Made by a program: the position numbers and the translations under genes
Source of the DNA: Opitutales bacterium
GTDB taxonomy: Bacteria > Verrucomicrobiota > Verrucomicrobiia > Opitutales > UBA2995
Direction: 5' to 3'
DNA length: 64,000 nucleotides
Assembly: GCA_965250065.1 (NCBI GenBank)
Contig: OZ252288.1
Coordinates: 578,693 to 642,692, forward strand
The notes under the pieces: generated by a model
What the model was told of the DNA's origin: nothing
The model's input: only the letters and a program-made list of their open reading frames with translations
The model's database searches: none
In this document: one piece after another, positions 45,037 to 55,114 of the stretch
Layout of the letters: every line of letters starts with the position of its first letter
Position numbering within the stretch: position 1 is the stretch's first letter

Positions 45037-46167
45037 ATGAGTCGGGTAAAATCCAAATCCACCTTTCGCAGGGTTGCCCACTTTCTGGCTTCGCCGGAGA
45101 TTTTTTTCTACACGGCGATCTGGATGCTCATATTGTTGGTTGTGGGAACGGTTACGCAAAAATGGGACGGTCTCTATCTGGCCCAGCAGAAGTATTTTTC
45201 ATCCTGGTTGACTTGGGGAATGTTTCCGGGGGGACGTTTGGCCCTGACGGTGATGTTTATCAATCTCACTTTTAAATTGATTTTCAATAGCCCTCGGCGG
45301 TTCAGCCGAATCGGAACATTAATTTCACACTCCGGCATGCTGCTGCTGTTGTTGGGTGGATTTTTCACAGCCTATTTTTCAAATGAGGGAAGTATGCCGA
45401 TCCCCGAGGGCGAGACCTCCAGCTATTTCCAGGACTACCATGCGTTGGAGTTTGCCGTTATCGATAAGGCCCCGGCCGACTACGACGAAGTAACGGTATT
45501 CACGAATGAGTACCTGCAAAGCGGAGCAGAAATTTCCCATGAAGCTTTTCCCTTCAACATAAATGTACGGTCGTTTTACCGTAACATCGACTTGGTTCGC
45601 CGTGAATCGACAGTTACGGACGGCATCCACGGGTTCGCCCAGCGCTTCAATATCGTTTCGAAGGAACTGGAAAATGAATTTGCCCGCAATATGGCGGGAA
45701 TGATTCTGGATATTGAAGGTTTGGACGACGGGGCCGATGGCGCCTACATAGTGTTTCAATTCATGCAGGCGCCCCAGACCATTCGAGCCGGAGGAGAGGA
45801 ATATGTAATTGAGTTGCGCAATAAGCGCTACCAGCTTCCGTTTGCCATTGAGCTGATCGACTTCACCAAAAAGGTGCATCCGGGAACCCAGACCCCGTCC
45901 CATTACAGCTCGCTGGTAAACGTGGTGGCTGGGGAAATCAAACGGGAGGTGCTGATATCCATGAACGAACCTCTGCGGAACCTGGAATATACGTTTTATC
46001 AGGCATCCTTTATCGAAGACGGTCCCGATGAGACCACCGTACTGGCGGTGGTACAAAACACGGGCCGCAACTTCCCCTATATCTCAAGTTGTATCATGGC
46101 GTTTGGGTTGTTTATTCACCTCATTCTAAAAGTGCCGAAACTCGTTAAACGCTCGAAACGGGCATGA
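45037..46167 (+). CDS. resB: Cytochrome c biogenesis protein ResB/Ccs1 (System II)
   Basis: 376-aa ORF with N-terminal transmembrane segments, a large soluble domain and a C-terminal TM. It overlaps ccsA by 4 bp. Confidence 0.7.
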   Translation: MSRVKSKSTFRRVAHFLASPEIFFYTAIWMLILLVVGTVTQKWDGLYLAQQKYFSSWLTWGMFPGGRLALTVMFINLTFKLIFNSPRRFSRIGTLISHSGMLLLLLGGFFTAYFSNEGSMPIPEGETSSYFQDYHALEFAVIDKAPADYDEVTVFTNEYLQSGAEISHEAFPFNINVRSFYRNIDLVRRESTVTDGIHGFAQRFNIVSKELENEFARNMAGMILDIEGLDDGADGAYIVFQFMQAPQTIRAGGEEYVIELRNKRYQLPFAIELIDFTKKVHPGTQTPSHYSSLVNVVAGEIKREVLISMNEPLRNLEYTFYQASFIEDGPDETTVLAVVQNTGRNFPYISSCIMAFGLFIHLILKVPKLVKRSKRA

Positions 46168-48047
46168 AAATAGCGACCATGAATCGAATCCTGATCCCTT
46201 TATTCTCACTTTTGCTCTCGGGTGGAGTTCTCGGCGCGGAAGCTTACGAATCGCCTTTACGCGCGGGCGCCTTGGAGGGACTGGTGGTGCAGGATCAAGG
46301 CCGTCTCAAGCCTCTGGATACATTTGCCCGTTCGCAACTTTTGCTCTACCATGCCAAAACGACCATCGATCGTCAAAAGGCCATCGACTGGTTGCTGGAG
46401 TTGATGGTCACTCCCCAGGCCTCTTATCAGCGAAAAGTTTTCACGGTGCGGGAAAAGGAAGCCATACTTGGTTTGGGTATCGGGCTGGATCCGGAATCGC
46501 GTTACTCCTTTGTGGAGCTGAGCGAGGCGATAAGGGAGCGGCAGGAATCCCTCAACAAGCTCGTCGAAAAAGGGGAGGAGGAGCGAACGCGGGCCGAAAG
46601 GCAATTGGCAATGCTTTATTTGAAGACGATGCGCTACCTGGCGTTGAGTCGGTCATTGACCGGTCTCATGCCGGACATCCGCGTAAACAACGCCGAGTTG
46701 GCCGAGGCCATCGGTTTTGAAGTGGGCAAGGGTTACACCTATAGGCAATTTCTGGATGTGCGCCGGGCGGTGTCATCCGAGCTGGAGATGCTTCGCGGTC
46801 GCCGGGAAGGCGACGCCATATCGCCCAAAGAGAGCGCACTGATCGACCTCATTCAGCAATTAAACGTAAAACTGGCCGACCAGAGTTCAAAGGTATTGAA
46901 ATTGGTGATGCCCGAAGGCGAGCAGGAGGAAGCGGTTTGGTTTGCACCCTGGGAATTGTTGGATGGCCGTGAATTGACCACATGGCAGACCACCCGCTTG
47001 CAGGAACTGGAAGCGATTGTCGCCGCCTTTATCGCCAACGGTCTGGCCGAAGTTTCCGAGGAAGTGGTGCCATTGGTGGATGCGGTACATGCCGATGTCA
47101 AATTGAAGGCGGAGCTGATTTACAACAAAGCCAACTTTTTTAAAAATAGCATCGCTTTCTACATCCTGGCGTTTCTGTTGTTGTTGGTAAGCTATGTGTT
47201 TTCCAGCAAATGGGTGGGCCGGATTTCTTATGGCAGTTTGATCATTGGTTTCCTCCTGCATTTAACTGGGCTATTGTTCAGGGTCTACATTATGGGGCGT
47301 CCGCCCGTTTCCACCCTGTATGAATCGATCCTCTTTGTCGGCTGGGTCCTGGTTTTGTTTTCGGTTATACTGGAGGCGGTTCGCCACGACACATTGGGGA
47401 TAATAGTCGGTTCGGTGGCGGGAACGGCGCTACATTTTATTGGGTTTAGTTACGCAGCCGAAGGCGATACCCTGGGGATGCTGGTCGCGGTGCTGAATTC
47501 TAACTTTTGGCTCGGCACCCACGTTTTGACCATCACCATTGGATACGGGGTTGCCTTGACCGCCGGCTTGGTGGCTCATGTATATCTCTTGTTACGGTTG
47601 TTCTTCCCGGGCCAGCCACGCTGGGCAAAGGAAGCTTTTAAGGTATCGTATGGAATCTGCCTGGTAGCGGTCTTCTTTACCACCTTTGGAACCATTTTAG
47701 GTGGGATTTGGGGCGACCAATCCTGGGGGCGTTTTTGGGGATGGGACCCCAAAGAAAACGGCGCCTTGTTAATCGTGATCTGGTTGCTTATTGTCATTCA
47801 CGGACGTTTGGCTGGCCGGCTCAAGGAACTCAGTTTCTCCGTGGCCCTTGCTTTGACTCCCATCTCGGTAGCTCTGGCGTGGTTTGGTGTAAACCTGTTG
47901 CAGGTGGGCCTTCACAGCTATGGTTTCGATGATGGAGTGGCCACCAACCTGTATTATTTCTGCCTGGGAGAAGCGGTATTCGCCATAGGGTGCGGCGTCA
48001 CAATCCAATTGCGGAGCCGGATGTTCAAAACGGTTCCAAGTTCGTAG
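46164..48047 (+). CDS. ccsA: Cytochrome c biogenesis protein CcsA/ResC with long N-terminal extension
   Basis: 627-aa ORF. It carries the W-rich haem-handling motif GGIWGDQSWGRFWGWDPKENGAL. The first ~330 aa are an additional mostly soluble domain. Confidence 0.85.
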   Translation: MKIATMNRILIPLFSLLLSGGVLGAEAYESPLRAGALEGLVVQDQGRLKPLDTFARSQLLLYHAKTTIDRQKAIDWLLELMVTPQASYQRKVFTVREKEAILGLGIGLDPESRYSFVELSEAIRERQESLNKLVEKGEEERTRAERQLAMLYLKTMRYLALSRSLTGLMPDIRVNNAELAEAIGFEVGKGYTYRQFLDVRRAVSSELEMLRGRREGDAISPKESALIDLIQQLNVKLADQSSKVLKLVMPEGEQEEAVWFAPWELLDGRELTTWQTTRLQELEAIVAAFIANGLAEVSEEVVPLVDAVHADVKLKAELIYNKANFFKNSIAFYILAFLLLLVSYVFSSKWVGRISYGSLIIGFLLHLTGLLFRVYIMGRPPVSTLYESILFVGWVLVLFSVILEAVRHDTLGIIVGSVAGTALHFIGFSYAAEGDTLGMLVAVLNSNFWLGTHVLTITIGYGVALTAGLVAHVYLLLRLFFPGQPRWAKEAFKVSYGICLVAVFFTTFGTILGGIWGDQSWGRFWGWDPKENGALLIVIWLLIVIHGRLAGRLKELSFSVALALTPISVALAWFGVNLLQVGLHSYGFDDGVATNLYYFCLGEAVFAIGCGVTIQLRSRMFKTVPSS

Positions 48048-48429
48048 ATCGCGTCCGGGACATTCTGGTGTGCCTTTTTTTACCACAGAGGACACCGAGG
48101 GCACAGAGATGCTGGATGCTGGATGATGAGGGACCGAGATGCCTGGGGATTATCGTGATCGTGATCGAAATGCACAGGAGCCACAAGATGGGTTTTGGGT
48201 TTTTTTAAGAAAACGTGGATGTAGAGGATGCACAGGATTTTGTTATGGGGGAGGAGATAAACCACGGATGGGCACGGATGCTAAGAGTCGCTTAGATTCT
48301 GAGGTACTGAGATTCCGAGAAAAAGGCGCGAAGAGGCATCTCCGAACCTAGTGTGGTGTCCCAGTAATAACTTCAAAAATATAAATCCATCGATCCAAAT
48401 CCTGTATATCCTCTTCATCCATGTTTCAT

Positions 48430-48558
48430 TTATTTGGAGTAACAAATCAGGTCTCCATAGCCTAGATCGTCGGAATGTATGGGAATGAAATTTGGCTTTG
48501 CTTCCAGGATAAAGGATGGCGGCAGAAAGATAATAAGAAGAAACGAGAAAATTTTCAT
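48430..48558 (-). pseudogene. N-terminal 42-codon remnant of a sulfatase gene
   Basis: The minus-strand translation is MKIFSFLLIIFLPPSFILEAKPNFIPIHSDDLGYGDLICYSK*. This is a signal peptide plus the sulfatase DDxGYGDL metal-site motif, and the sequence then runs into repeat modules. Confidence 0.7.
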
Positions 48559-48577
48559 GGGATGGCGCTTGAGAGAA

Positions 48578-48650
48578 CTGTAGGAGGGGGTTTATCCCCC
48601 GATCTTCCAAATGGCCTCACCGCAATCGGGGGATAAACCCCCTCCTACAG
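48578..48650. repeat. Perfect 26-bp inverted repeat, family H double hairpin
   Basis: CTGTAGGAGGGGGTTTATCCCCCGAT (48578-48603) and ATCGGGGGATAAACCCCCTCCTACAG (48625-48650) are separated by a 21-nt spacer. Each arm contains its own GGGGG/CCCCC hairpin. Confidence 0.9.
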
Positions 48651-49205
48651 TTTCGTAATAGGTTATCAATAAAACATCCAGGCGGACGATTGTTTAAGAT
48701 ACCTGAGCAGTTACTATTCGAAAGAAAATTCCTCCTTGGGCGCTTTCGATCATGATCAAGATCACGATCACGATAAACCTCAGCATCTCTGCAACTTAGC
48801 AACTCGGTACCTCTGGGCCATTGTTTTCTGGTGATCATGTCGCCTTTACAGGCTCGGTAGTGGCCAAAAACACAAATTATTGATTTTGAAGGGCGAGACT
48901 GAGTTCAATAGGCGGTTTGCGGCGAAGCCGGACACGTCACGCCGTAGACCTTGCACGTAGCCGAATATCAAGTGACTGAAAGGAACGTTGTTAATAATTG
49001 TTTCTGAACATATTCCTTTGCCAGCCATCGCACATTTTACTGGGTTCTTTCATACAAAAGTTACTAAGAATCTCAGAATCTAAGTGCCTACGAAACTTTG
49101 TGCCTCAGTTCCTCAACATCTTCTCAAAAGAATTGACCCGAATGCTACTGCTTAGTTAAGCGCGTTTGTATAGGAATATAGTATGGACGCCAGTCGGGGT
49201 CATGC

Positions 49206-49411
49206 CGTAGAAAAGTGATGCCTTCCGAAAGAAAAGGCTTCGGGGAAGCGGCGCAAGGGGTCAGGTCCGAAATCCTGCACTGGCGCGTACGATTTTCCGA
49301 CCTGACCCCGAGGGGCGGTATATCGTTGTACTCCATACACTTTTACAAGACAACTGACCCTGTAAGGCATAACTTTTTACGTCTTGACCCCTTCCTTCTC
49401 CCCATTCAGAA
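49206..49411 (+). repeat. 206-bp interspersed repeat, family F (copy 2)
   Basis: It is the reverse complement of 8043-8248. Confidence 0.85.
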
Positions 49412-49453
49412 TTGACCCCTTCCCCAAGGTCAATAGATGGTGGAACCTACCCC

Positions 49454-49915
49454 ATGAATGCCGAAGCAAAAATTGCCGAACTAAAAATCGAATTACCTCC
49501 GCCCCCCGCCCCTGGAGGGGTCTATAAACCGCTCGTGATTGTCGACAATCTGGCCTACCTTTCCGGGCATGTCTCCATGTGTTCCGATGGATCCATGCTG
49601 GTGGGCCGGGTCGGATCGGAGGTCGATCTGGAGGGGGGCTATCAGGCCGCCCGCCAGACGGGTCTTGCCCTATTGTCCACCCTTCGCCACGGCCTGGGAT
49701 CACTCGATCGAGTAGTGCGGGTTGTAAAACTATTGGGTCTGGTTAATAGCACCCCTGATTTCCATCAGCACCCGGCGGTTATAAATGGGTGCAGCGAATT
49801 ATTTGCCCAGGTATTTGGGGTAGATGCCGGTGTTGGAGCCCGAAGCGCTCTTGGCGTGGCGGCCTTGCCCAACAATATCAGCGTGGAAATCGAAGGGATA
49901 TTCGAGATCGAATAG
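49454..49915 (+). CDS. RidA/YjgF/L-PSP family protein
   Basis: The sequence MNAEAKIAELKIELPPPPAPGGVYKPLVIVDNLAYLSGH ... ARSALGVAALPNNISVEIEGIFEI is typical of RidA-family proteins. The ATG at 49454 was preferred over the upstream TTG, which lies in repeat sequence. Confidence 0.8.
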   Translation: MNAEAKIAELKIELPPPPAPGGVYKPLVIVDNLAYLSGHVSMCSDGSMLVGRVGSEVDLEGGYQAARQTGLALLSTLRHGLGSLDRVVRVVKLLGLVNSTPDFHQHPAVINGCSELFAQVFGVDAGVGARSALGVAALPNNISVEIEGIFEIE

Positions 49916-50210
49916 GGGGCATACCCTACAAAGGCACAAAGGCACGAAGGCACACATGGGCAGGCACGATGGCGGGTGGTAGGCCTGTGGCCTCGGTAGT
50001 AGAAGGAGGACGCAGCGCTGTTTCTTTTATCTAAAACATCGCCGCTTTGCGGCTGGATGCCTGCGGCAACAGGATGGAGCTGCGCTCCAACAGGGAACGA
50101 TTGAGGGATCTTCTTTATTTGAATACAAAACCGGACTCTTAATCAATTTTGGAACTCCGAAGATCGAATTCAAAAGACTCTATTCCTGAAATCTCCTGCT
50201 CCGTGTAACG

Positions 50211-50617
50211 GATCCTGTTCCGGCAAAGCCGGATCAAGCGCAGCGTTGTTCAATATTACCACCCAAACTTTAAGTGAAAAAACTCATCCTTTGAATAGCC
50301 ACTACCGAGCCTGTAAAGGCGATATGATCACCAGAAAACAAAAGCACAAAATATCACAAAACTTTCCTTGTGGCTTCTGTGCTTTCTGTGGCTAAACATC
50401 CCTGTGCATCCTGTGCATCCATGTTTCATTTATTCGGGAGAAATATCTTGTTCGCGAAGCGAATGTTCCGGTTCAATAAATGCCCGGTCTGTTATGCTGG
50501 TGTCGCTCTGCTGGAAACTGCGCTTCGCTTGTAGATGTGTCACTGTTTTCTTGAGATCATGTCGCTCTGCTCGGAACGTTCGGTAGTTGAGGTGTCGTCG
50601 CTTCCGCACCTCGGTAG
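50211..50617 (+). repeat. 407-bp composite repeat block, copy 2
   Basis: See 39611-40017. The upstream blocks 49941-50062 and 39154-39283 are also homologous. Confidence 0.9.
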
Positions 50618-51186
50618 ACTCCTTCCTCCAGTGTGAATGGACTCTCGCAAAGGCGCCAAGAACGCAGAGACAGGGATGAGAATTCAATCGGCCAGGAAGT
50701 GCGGTGGATGTGGCGATTAAGGCGCATCATGAGCTTGGCCCGGGTTTGCCTGAAGAAGAAGATCTTGGCGATCTTGGCGGCTTGGCGAGAGCAAATCCAG
50801 ACGAGCCATCCAACCACGCGGAACCATTATGACTTTTTCAGGGTAGACTAAGTACTTCATACTAAAATTCCTGTTCGCGAAGCGATCCTGTTGCGGCGAA
50901 GCCGGATCAAGCGACCAAAGGGAGCGTTGTTATTTGATCCACTCCTTCCCTATCCGTGCACATCCGCGTAATCCGTGGTTTATCTTTTTCACAATTGACC
51001 ACGGATTACACGGATTGACACGGATGTGTTGAGTTGCTAAGGTACGGTGATACTGAGTTACCGAGGAAGGCACGAAGGCACATCGGGACGGAGGCTCCAA
51101 AAGGCTTTTGGAGCCTCAAGTGCTTACCTCTTGACTCACATCCCTTTTTTAAAGCATTTACTAGCCCGCTTTTTGACCGAATTCCG

Positions 51187-52440
51187 ATGAAAAAAGATTT
51201 CCCATTTCCTGAAACCGAGCTGCTGGCTCCCGCCGGTTGTTATCCTTCCCTTCAAGCGGGAATAGCCGCCGGTGCGGATGCGGTGTATTTTGGGTTGGCC
51301 CAATTAAACATGCGGGCCAGGTCGCGCCGGTCCTTCCATTTGCCTGATTTTCCGGAAATTATGAGCCGGTGCCGGGATGGAGGGGTAAAAGCCTGCCTGG
51401 CCCTGAACACCCTGCTTTATGACCACGACCTGAAACTGGTCTATAAGCTTTTGGACGCCGCCGCGGAGAATCGGGTTGACGCGGTCATTGCCTCCGACAT
51501 GGCATGCATTCAGCGGGCGCGTGAACTGGGCCTGGAAGTCCATCTTTCCACCCAACTTTCCGTTTCCAATTTTGAGTCGTTTAAGTTCTATACCCAATTT
51601 TGCGACCGTATCGTTCTGGCCCGTGAGTTGAACCTGAACATGATTCGCAAGCTTTATGAGCGCATTGTAGAGGAGGATTTACGGGGACCCGCTGGCCGGC
51701 AGGCGGAGATTGAAGCCTTTGCCCATGGGGCTTTGTGTGTTGCGGTTTCCGGACGCTGCGGCATGTCGTTATATACGGACAATGCTTCGGCCAACCGCGG
51801 GGCATGCATCCAGAACTGTCGGCGGGAGTACGACGTAGTAGACAAGGAAACCGGGCAAAAGCTTACCATTGACAACCACTTCGTCATGTCGCCCAACGAT
51901 ATTTCGACCATCGAGTTTCTCGATCAACTGCTGCGGTCCGGTATCAAAGTATTGAAAATCGAAGGCCGCGGACGCGCTCCCGAATATGTGCACACCGTAG
52001 TCACCGCTTACCGCAAGGCCATCGACGCGGTTCGGGCGGGAACCTACTCGCCCCAGTTTGTAGAAGCGTTGTTGAGAGACCTCAAGTCCGTCTACAATCG
52101 CGGGCTATCCTCCGGTTATTACCTGGGACGTGAGCAGGGTTGGTCAGCGCAATACGGATCAAAAGCCAGCAAGCAAAAGGTGCAAGTGGGCAAGGTAACG
52201 CATTTTTACAATAAGCTCAGCGTAGCCGAAATCACATCGACTGGCCATGTCTCGGTGGGAGACGAGTTTGTAATCGTCGGAAAGACCACGGGAGTAGTGG
52301 ATGGCAAGGTTGAAGAAATCCATCTGGACGAAGGCAAGGTGGAAACTGCCAAGCCCAAAGATGTATTTTCAATCCGAGTAGCCAAAAGGGTGCGAAAGAA
52401 TGATAAGGTTTATTTGATGGTTCCAGTCGTCGGCCCTTAG
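51187..52440 (+). CDS. Peptidase U32-family protein (TrhP/RlhA/UbiU-type hydroxylase family)
   Basis: Motifs: [62 protein letters not shown]. The start was set at the ATG at 51187 because the upstream part of the ORF is repeat sequence. Confidence 0.85.
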   Translation: MKKDFPFPETELLAPAGCYPSLQAGIAAGADAVYFGLAQLNMRARSRRSFHLPDFPEIMSRCRDGGVKACLALNTLLYDHDLKLVYKLLDAAAENRVDAVIASDMACIQRARELGLEVHLSTQLSVSNFESFKFYTQFCDRIVLARELNLNMIRKLYERIVEEDLRGPAGRQAEIEAFAHGALCVAVSGRCGMSLYTDNASANRGACIQNCRREYDVVDKETGQKLTIDNHFVMSPNDISTIEFLDQLLRSGIKVLKIEGRGRAPEYVHTVVTAYRKAIDAVRAGTYSPQFVEALLRDLKSVYNRGLSSGYYLGREQGWSAQYGSKASKQKVQVGKVTHFYNKLSVAEITSTGHVSVGDEFVIVGKTTGVVDGKVEEIHLDEGKVETAKPKDVFSIRVAKRVRKNDKVYLMVPVVGP

Positions 52441-52460
52441 ATGCCTGCCTTTTTTACCCT

Positions 52461-52685
52461 ATGCTGCGCATCATTCATAAACCCCTGGAGTGTATCGGAT
52501 GCGGTCTATGTTGCGAGGTAGCTCCGAGCTACTGGTACATGAATGATGATGGCTTGGCTGAACTGCGTAATGTATTGTGGGTGAAGGACAATTTGCAGTT
52601 TGGGGAAGGTTGGGAAGAAGATGCCGAGGCGCTTCGTAAAGCGGAGGAAAGCTGTCCGGTAAACATTATTCGGATTGAAGGATAG
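52461..52685 (+). CDS. Small [4Fe-4S]/[3Fe-4S] ferredoxin
   Basis: 74-aa ORF with CIGCGLCCEVAP and a distal CPVNII cysteine. It begins 20 bp after the U32 gene. Confidence 0.75.
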   Translation: MLRIIHKPLECIGCGLCCEVAPSYWYMNDDGLAELRNVLWVKDNLQFGEGWEEDAEALRKAEESCPVNIIRIEG

Positions 52686-52873
52686 GATATAGCCGAACAT
52701 AACCGTGTAAAATTTTTGTTATGCCAGAAGTTTCTATCTATTGGTTTGGACGATACATCGTTTCTATTTACTTGCCAGCTTGCCATGCTGCAACGGCGTT
52801 GTTCGGGCATTTCTTCGTTTTCCTGGTTTTGCAGCCAGGAAAGTAGTCTTCAAAGTTAGATTGTCTCCATTCG

Positions 52874-53995
52874 ATGCGTCGGAAAAGTTATACTTTGCTC
52901 CAGCAGGACGGAGAGGCGCGACGCGGTGTGCTTCATTCATTTCGCGGGGACGTGCAGACTCCTTTTTTTATGCCCGTTGCCACCGTTGGAGCGATTAAGG
53001 GGGGCGTGGCAGCCATGGAGGTTAAGGATCTCGGCTTTGAGCTGATTCTGGCCAATACCTATCACTTGCATGTTCGTCCGGGAGAACAGCGCATCAAAAG
53101 CTTGGGTGGTTTGTCCAATTTCATGGGATGGCATGGCCCGATTCTAACCGATTCCGGCGGTTACCAGGCCTGGTCCATGGCCAAGACAAATCAAATTACC
53201 GAGGAGGGAGTAAATTTTAAATCGCATGTGGATGGCAGTCCGGTATCCCTCACGCCGGAAAGTGTGGTGGATATTCAATGTGCCCTGGGCGTCGATGTGG
53301 CCATGGTCCTGGATGAGTGTAGCGACTATCCTTGTGGGCATGAACAGGCGAAATATTCAATGGAGCGCAGTATGCGCTGGGCCAAACGCTGTCGCGCACG
53401 CTGGATTGAGACCGGAGCCAACGAATCGATGCACTTGTTTGGGATAGGGCAGGGCTCGTTTTTTGCGGACCTGCGCGAGGAGTCCGCCCGAATTTTGGCA
53501 GAGCTCGACCTTCCCGGCTACGCCATTGGAGGGGTAGTGGTCGATTTTTCCCGCACCGCTGAGGCCATTCTACCCTCACTTACCCATTTGCCTCAAGATC
53601 GACCGCGCTACCTGATGGGGGTGGGGACTCCGCTGGACATTTTAAATGCGGTGGAGTTGGGTATCGACATGTTTGACTGCGTTTTGCCGACCCGAAATGG
53701 ACGCCATGGACATGTTTTTACCACCTTTGGTGAAGTCAACCTCACCGCGGCCCGGTGGAAAGATTCCAATGATTGTATCGATGCGCACCATGAATTTCCC
53801 GCCAGTCAAAACTTCTCGCGTGGCTATCTGCGCCACTTGTTTGATGTCGGTGAGTCTTTGGGTGGCCGACTGGCCACCCTGCACAACTTGTCGTTTTACG
53901 GGAATCTCATGAAAGGGATCCGGCAGAGCATCGAGGAGCAGACCTTCACCGCCTTTAAAGCGGACTTTGAGAAAAAATACACGGCGGGGAAATGA
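52874..53995 (+). CDS. tgt: tRNA-guanine(34) transglycosylase
   Basis: 373-aa ORF. Motifs: TPFFMPVATVGAIKG, LANTYHL, TDSGGYQ, VLDEC, YLMGVGTP, DCVLPTRNGRHG. Confidence 0.93.
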   Translation: MRRKSYTLLQQDGEARRGVLHSFRGDVQTPFFMPVATVGAIKGGVAAMEVKDLGFELILANTYHLHVRPGEQRIKSLGGLSNFMGWHGPILTDSGGYQAWSMAKTNQITEEGVNFKSHVDGSPVSLTPESVVDIQCALGVDVAMVLDECSDYPCGHEQAKYSMERSMRWAKRCRARWIETGANESMHLFGIGQGSFFADLREESARILAELDLPGYAIGGVVVDFSRTAEAILPSLTHLPQDRPRYLMGVGTPLDILNAVELGIDMFDCVLPTRNGRHGHVFTTFGEVNLTAARWKDSNDCIDAHHEFPASQNFSRGYLRHLFDVGESLGGRLATLHNLSFYGNLMKGIRQSIEEQTFTAFKADFEKKYTAGK

Positions 53996-53999
53996 GGCC

Positions 54000-55028
54000 A
54001 TGCGCACTTTGGATTTCGACTACGATTTGCCGAGGGATCTGATCGCGCAAGATCCCGTTGTGCCGCGGGACCGTTCCCGGCTGTTGGTATTGGACCGGGA
54101 GGATGGGGGTATTGAACATAAGCATTTTTATGATTTGCCGGACCTTTTGAGGGAAGGCGACGTGCTCGTATTGAACGATACCAAAGTAGTGCCGGCGCGG
54201 TTGTTTGGAACCATTCCCGAGGCTGGCCAGGGCAGGGTTGAGGTACTCCTGCTCAACGAAGAAGTCGGCGATTTCCAACGAGTCCTGGCCAAACCCGGAA
54301 AGAAATTTCAGTTGGGGCGCGAGGTGGTATTCGACGATCAACTACGGGCCGAGATAATCGGGGTAGAAGGGGATGGAACCCGGCTGCTCAGGTTCGATTG
54401 TGATCGGTCGAAATTGCTCCAGCACCTGGATCGAATCGGACATGCCCCGATTCCACCCTACATTAAGGACACTAAGGCTTCCCGGGACCAGTATCAGACC
54501 ATATTTGCGCGCGATCCGGGAAGCAGCGCAGCTCCAACCGCCGGACTTCACTTTACCACGGAGATGTTTTCCAGGTTGAAAGTTGCCGGTGTGCAGGTGG
54601 AGAAGGTGACGCTGCACGTGGGTAGAGGGACTTTTCAGGATGTAAAGGCAGACCGATTGGAGGATCATGTTATGCATGCGGAGCATTTCGAACTTTTGCA
54701 GGGTGTAGCAGAACGATTGAACCGGGCAAAGCGGCGGGGGGGGCGAATCGTAGCAGTCGGGAGCACGTCGGTCCGGGTTCTGGAATCCGCCACGGGTAAT
54801 CGGGGTCGGTTGATACCGCAAGTAGCGGAAACAGACATCTTTATTTACCCCGGATACCGGTGGAAATTTGTCGATGCTATCGTTACCAATTTCCATTTAC
54901 CCAAGAGTACCTTGCTCATGCTGGTGTGTAGTTTTGCCGCCAAGAATTCTGTATTTCAGGCGTATTCTGAAGCCGTTCGGATGCGCTACCGTTTTTTCAG
55001 TTTCGGGGATGCGATGCTAATTAAGTGA
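54000..55028 (+). CDS. queA: S-adenosylmethionine:tRNA ribosyltransferase-isomerase
   Basis: The N-terminus MRTLDFDYDLPRDLIAQDP resembles E. coli QueA. Other motifs: SSAAPTAGLHFT, VGSTSVRVLES. The ATG at 54000 lies 5 bp after the tgt stop. Confidence 0.92.
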   Translation: MRTLDFDYDLPRDLIAQDPVVPRDRSRLLVLDREDGGIEHKHFYDLPDLLREGDVLVLNDTKVVPARLFGTIPEAGQGRVEVLLLNEEVGDFQRVLAKPGKKFQLGREVVFDDQLRAEIIGVEGDGTRLLRFDCDRSKLLQHLDRIGHAPIPPYIKDTKASRDQYQTIFARDPGSSAAPTAGLHFTTEMFSRLKVAGVQVEKVTLHVGRGTFQDVKADRLEDHVMHAEHFELLQGVAERLNRAKRRGGRIVAVGSTSVRVLESATGNRGRLIPQVAETDIFIYPGYRWKFVDAIVTNFHLPKSTLLMLVCSFAAKNSVFQAYSEAVRMRYRFFSFGDAMLIK

Positions 55029-55114
55029 TATGGGCAGAAAAGGGTCAGGACGGTAGAGGGGGCCGGTATTTTTCGGGATTGAACGAACCGGCCTAAGGTA
55101 TAACTAATGAGGGT

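Noticed and set aside
48578-48650. Possible CRISPR repeat. The arm ATCGGGGGATAAACCCC resembles the CGGGGATAAACC end of type I-E repeats.
   Set aside because: Only two arms in inverted orientation are present. There is no direct-repeat/spacer periodicity and no cas genes in the window. Related copies are single palindromes. It is treated as an interspersed palindromic repeat.
50681-50850. Apparently unique ~170-bp stretch inside the repeat-rich spacer. It was examined as a possible transposase remnant (…RTSWPIEF… vaguely like the RWxIE motif of IS4-type enzymes).
   Set aside because: The similarity is limited to a few residues. No DDE context was seen, and all three frames are interrupted. 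There is not enough evidence to call a gene fragment.
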